Positions 63,401-64,000 of a stretch of DNA of 64,000 bases are shown piece after piece. The translations under genes were made by a program, and so were the position numbers. Location of the stretch: assembly GCF_026210795.1 (NCBI RefSeq), contig NC_089435.1, positions 2,170,001 to 2,234,000 on the forward strand, given 5' to 3'. Below the pieces are notes generated by a model. It made no database searches, had not been told where the DNA came from, and worked only from the letters and a program-made list of their open reading frames with translations. Position 1 is the stretch's first letter; each line of letters opens with the position of its first letter. The DNA comes from Rhizophagus irregularis (Eukaryota).

Positions 63401-64000
63401 AAATTACTGCGTCCTAGTCACGTGACTCTGTTCTGAATAATCTGTATGCGTGTTTTTACAAGTGGTGTAATTTGTATTATCCGTGTAATTTGTACGGCAA
63501 CCTTGTTCACTCAGAGAAACGAAAATAAAATTCACAAGTGATATTAATGAATATTACATGTGCTTCTGTATTCTATTACAATTATGAAAAAACAATAGCT
63601 AGGTTTGCACCCTGAAAACTTTTAGGTGAAATTTCTGGCGAAGCTTTAACTAACTATGAATGCGGGAGTGAATAATAGGACTAATTCTGCTCGTCTGAAC
63701 CAATTCCTTTGAAATCACCACCGCCGTAATTAATAGTGACATTGGTAACATTCGCACTTTGTAAAAAAGAGGTGTTACAGGCCTAGAAACCACAGGTGTT
63801 TCTACAGATGATGTTACTGGTCTTGACACCGCAGGCGAATCCTCGGATTATGCAACAACTGATGATTCCTTAGGCGACCGTTCAGATCTCCCTGAAGAAG
63901 AACTTGATTGTCGAAGCTTTAGATCCAGAGATTGGCGAGGGATCCGTAGATGCTTCTACATGTGATGATGATGATGTCATACTCGCCCGCTTAACCTCCT

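Noticed and set aside
63590..64000. Possible Ser-rich coding remnant at the window end
   Set aside because: Interrupted frames, truncated by the window edge, no diagnostic motif

Overview
AT-rich, intron-containing eukaryotic (fungal) DNA. Gene families, intron style and repeat content point to a Glomeromycotina (Rhizophagus-like arbuscular mycorrhizal) genome; this is inference. Bases 1-36.3 kb are a patchwork of tandem segmental duplications. They carry seven same-strand copies (5 intact, 2 disrupted) of an uncharacterised Q/N-rich small-protein family with a conserved FEFYFP..DTRIYHVTYQYTELHPLENAR core, two 7-exon long-chain acyl-CoA synthetase paralogs ending in a PTS1 (-AKL), and many non-autonomous DNA transposons: two hAT-type, a Helitron confirmed by an empty-site paralog, several MULE-like, one Tourist-like and one possible CACTA-like. 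Next come a membrane-anchored aegerolysin-like gene, two F-box/LRR-like genes and two satellite arrays. A conserved housekeeping block follows (WDR48/UAF1-like, telobox Myb protein, fructose-1,6-bisphosphatase), then a CpG-depleted, very AT-rich decayed region. The best candidates for undescribed biology are the Q/N-rich gene array, one copy of which has captured a foreign exon, and the receptor-like aegerolysin-domain protein.
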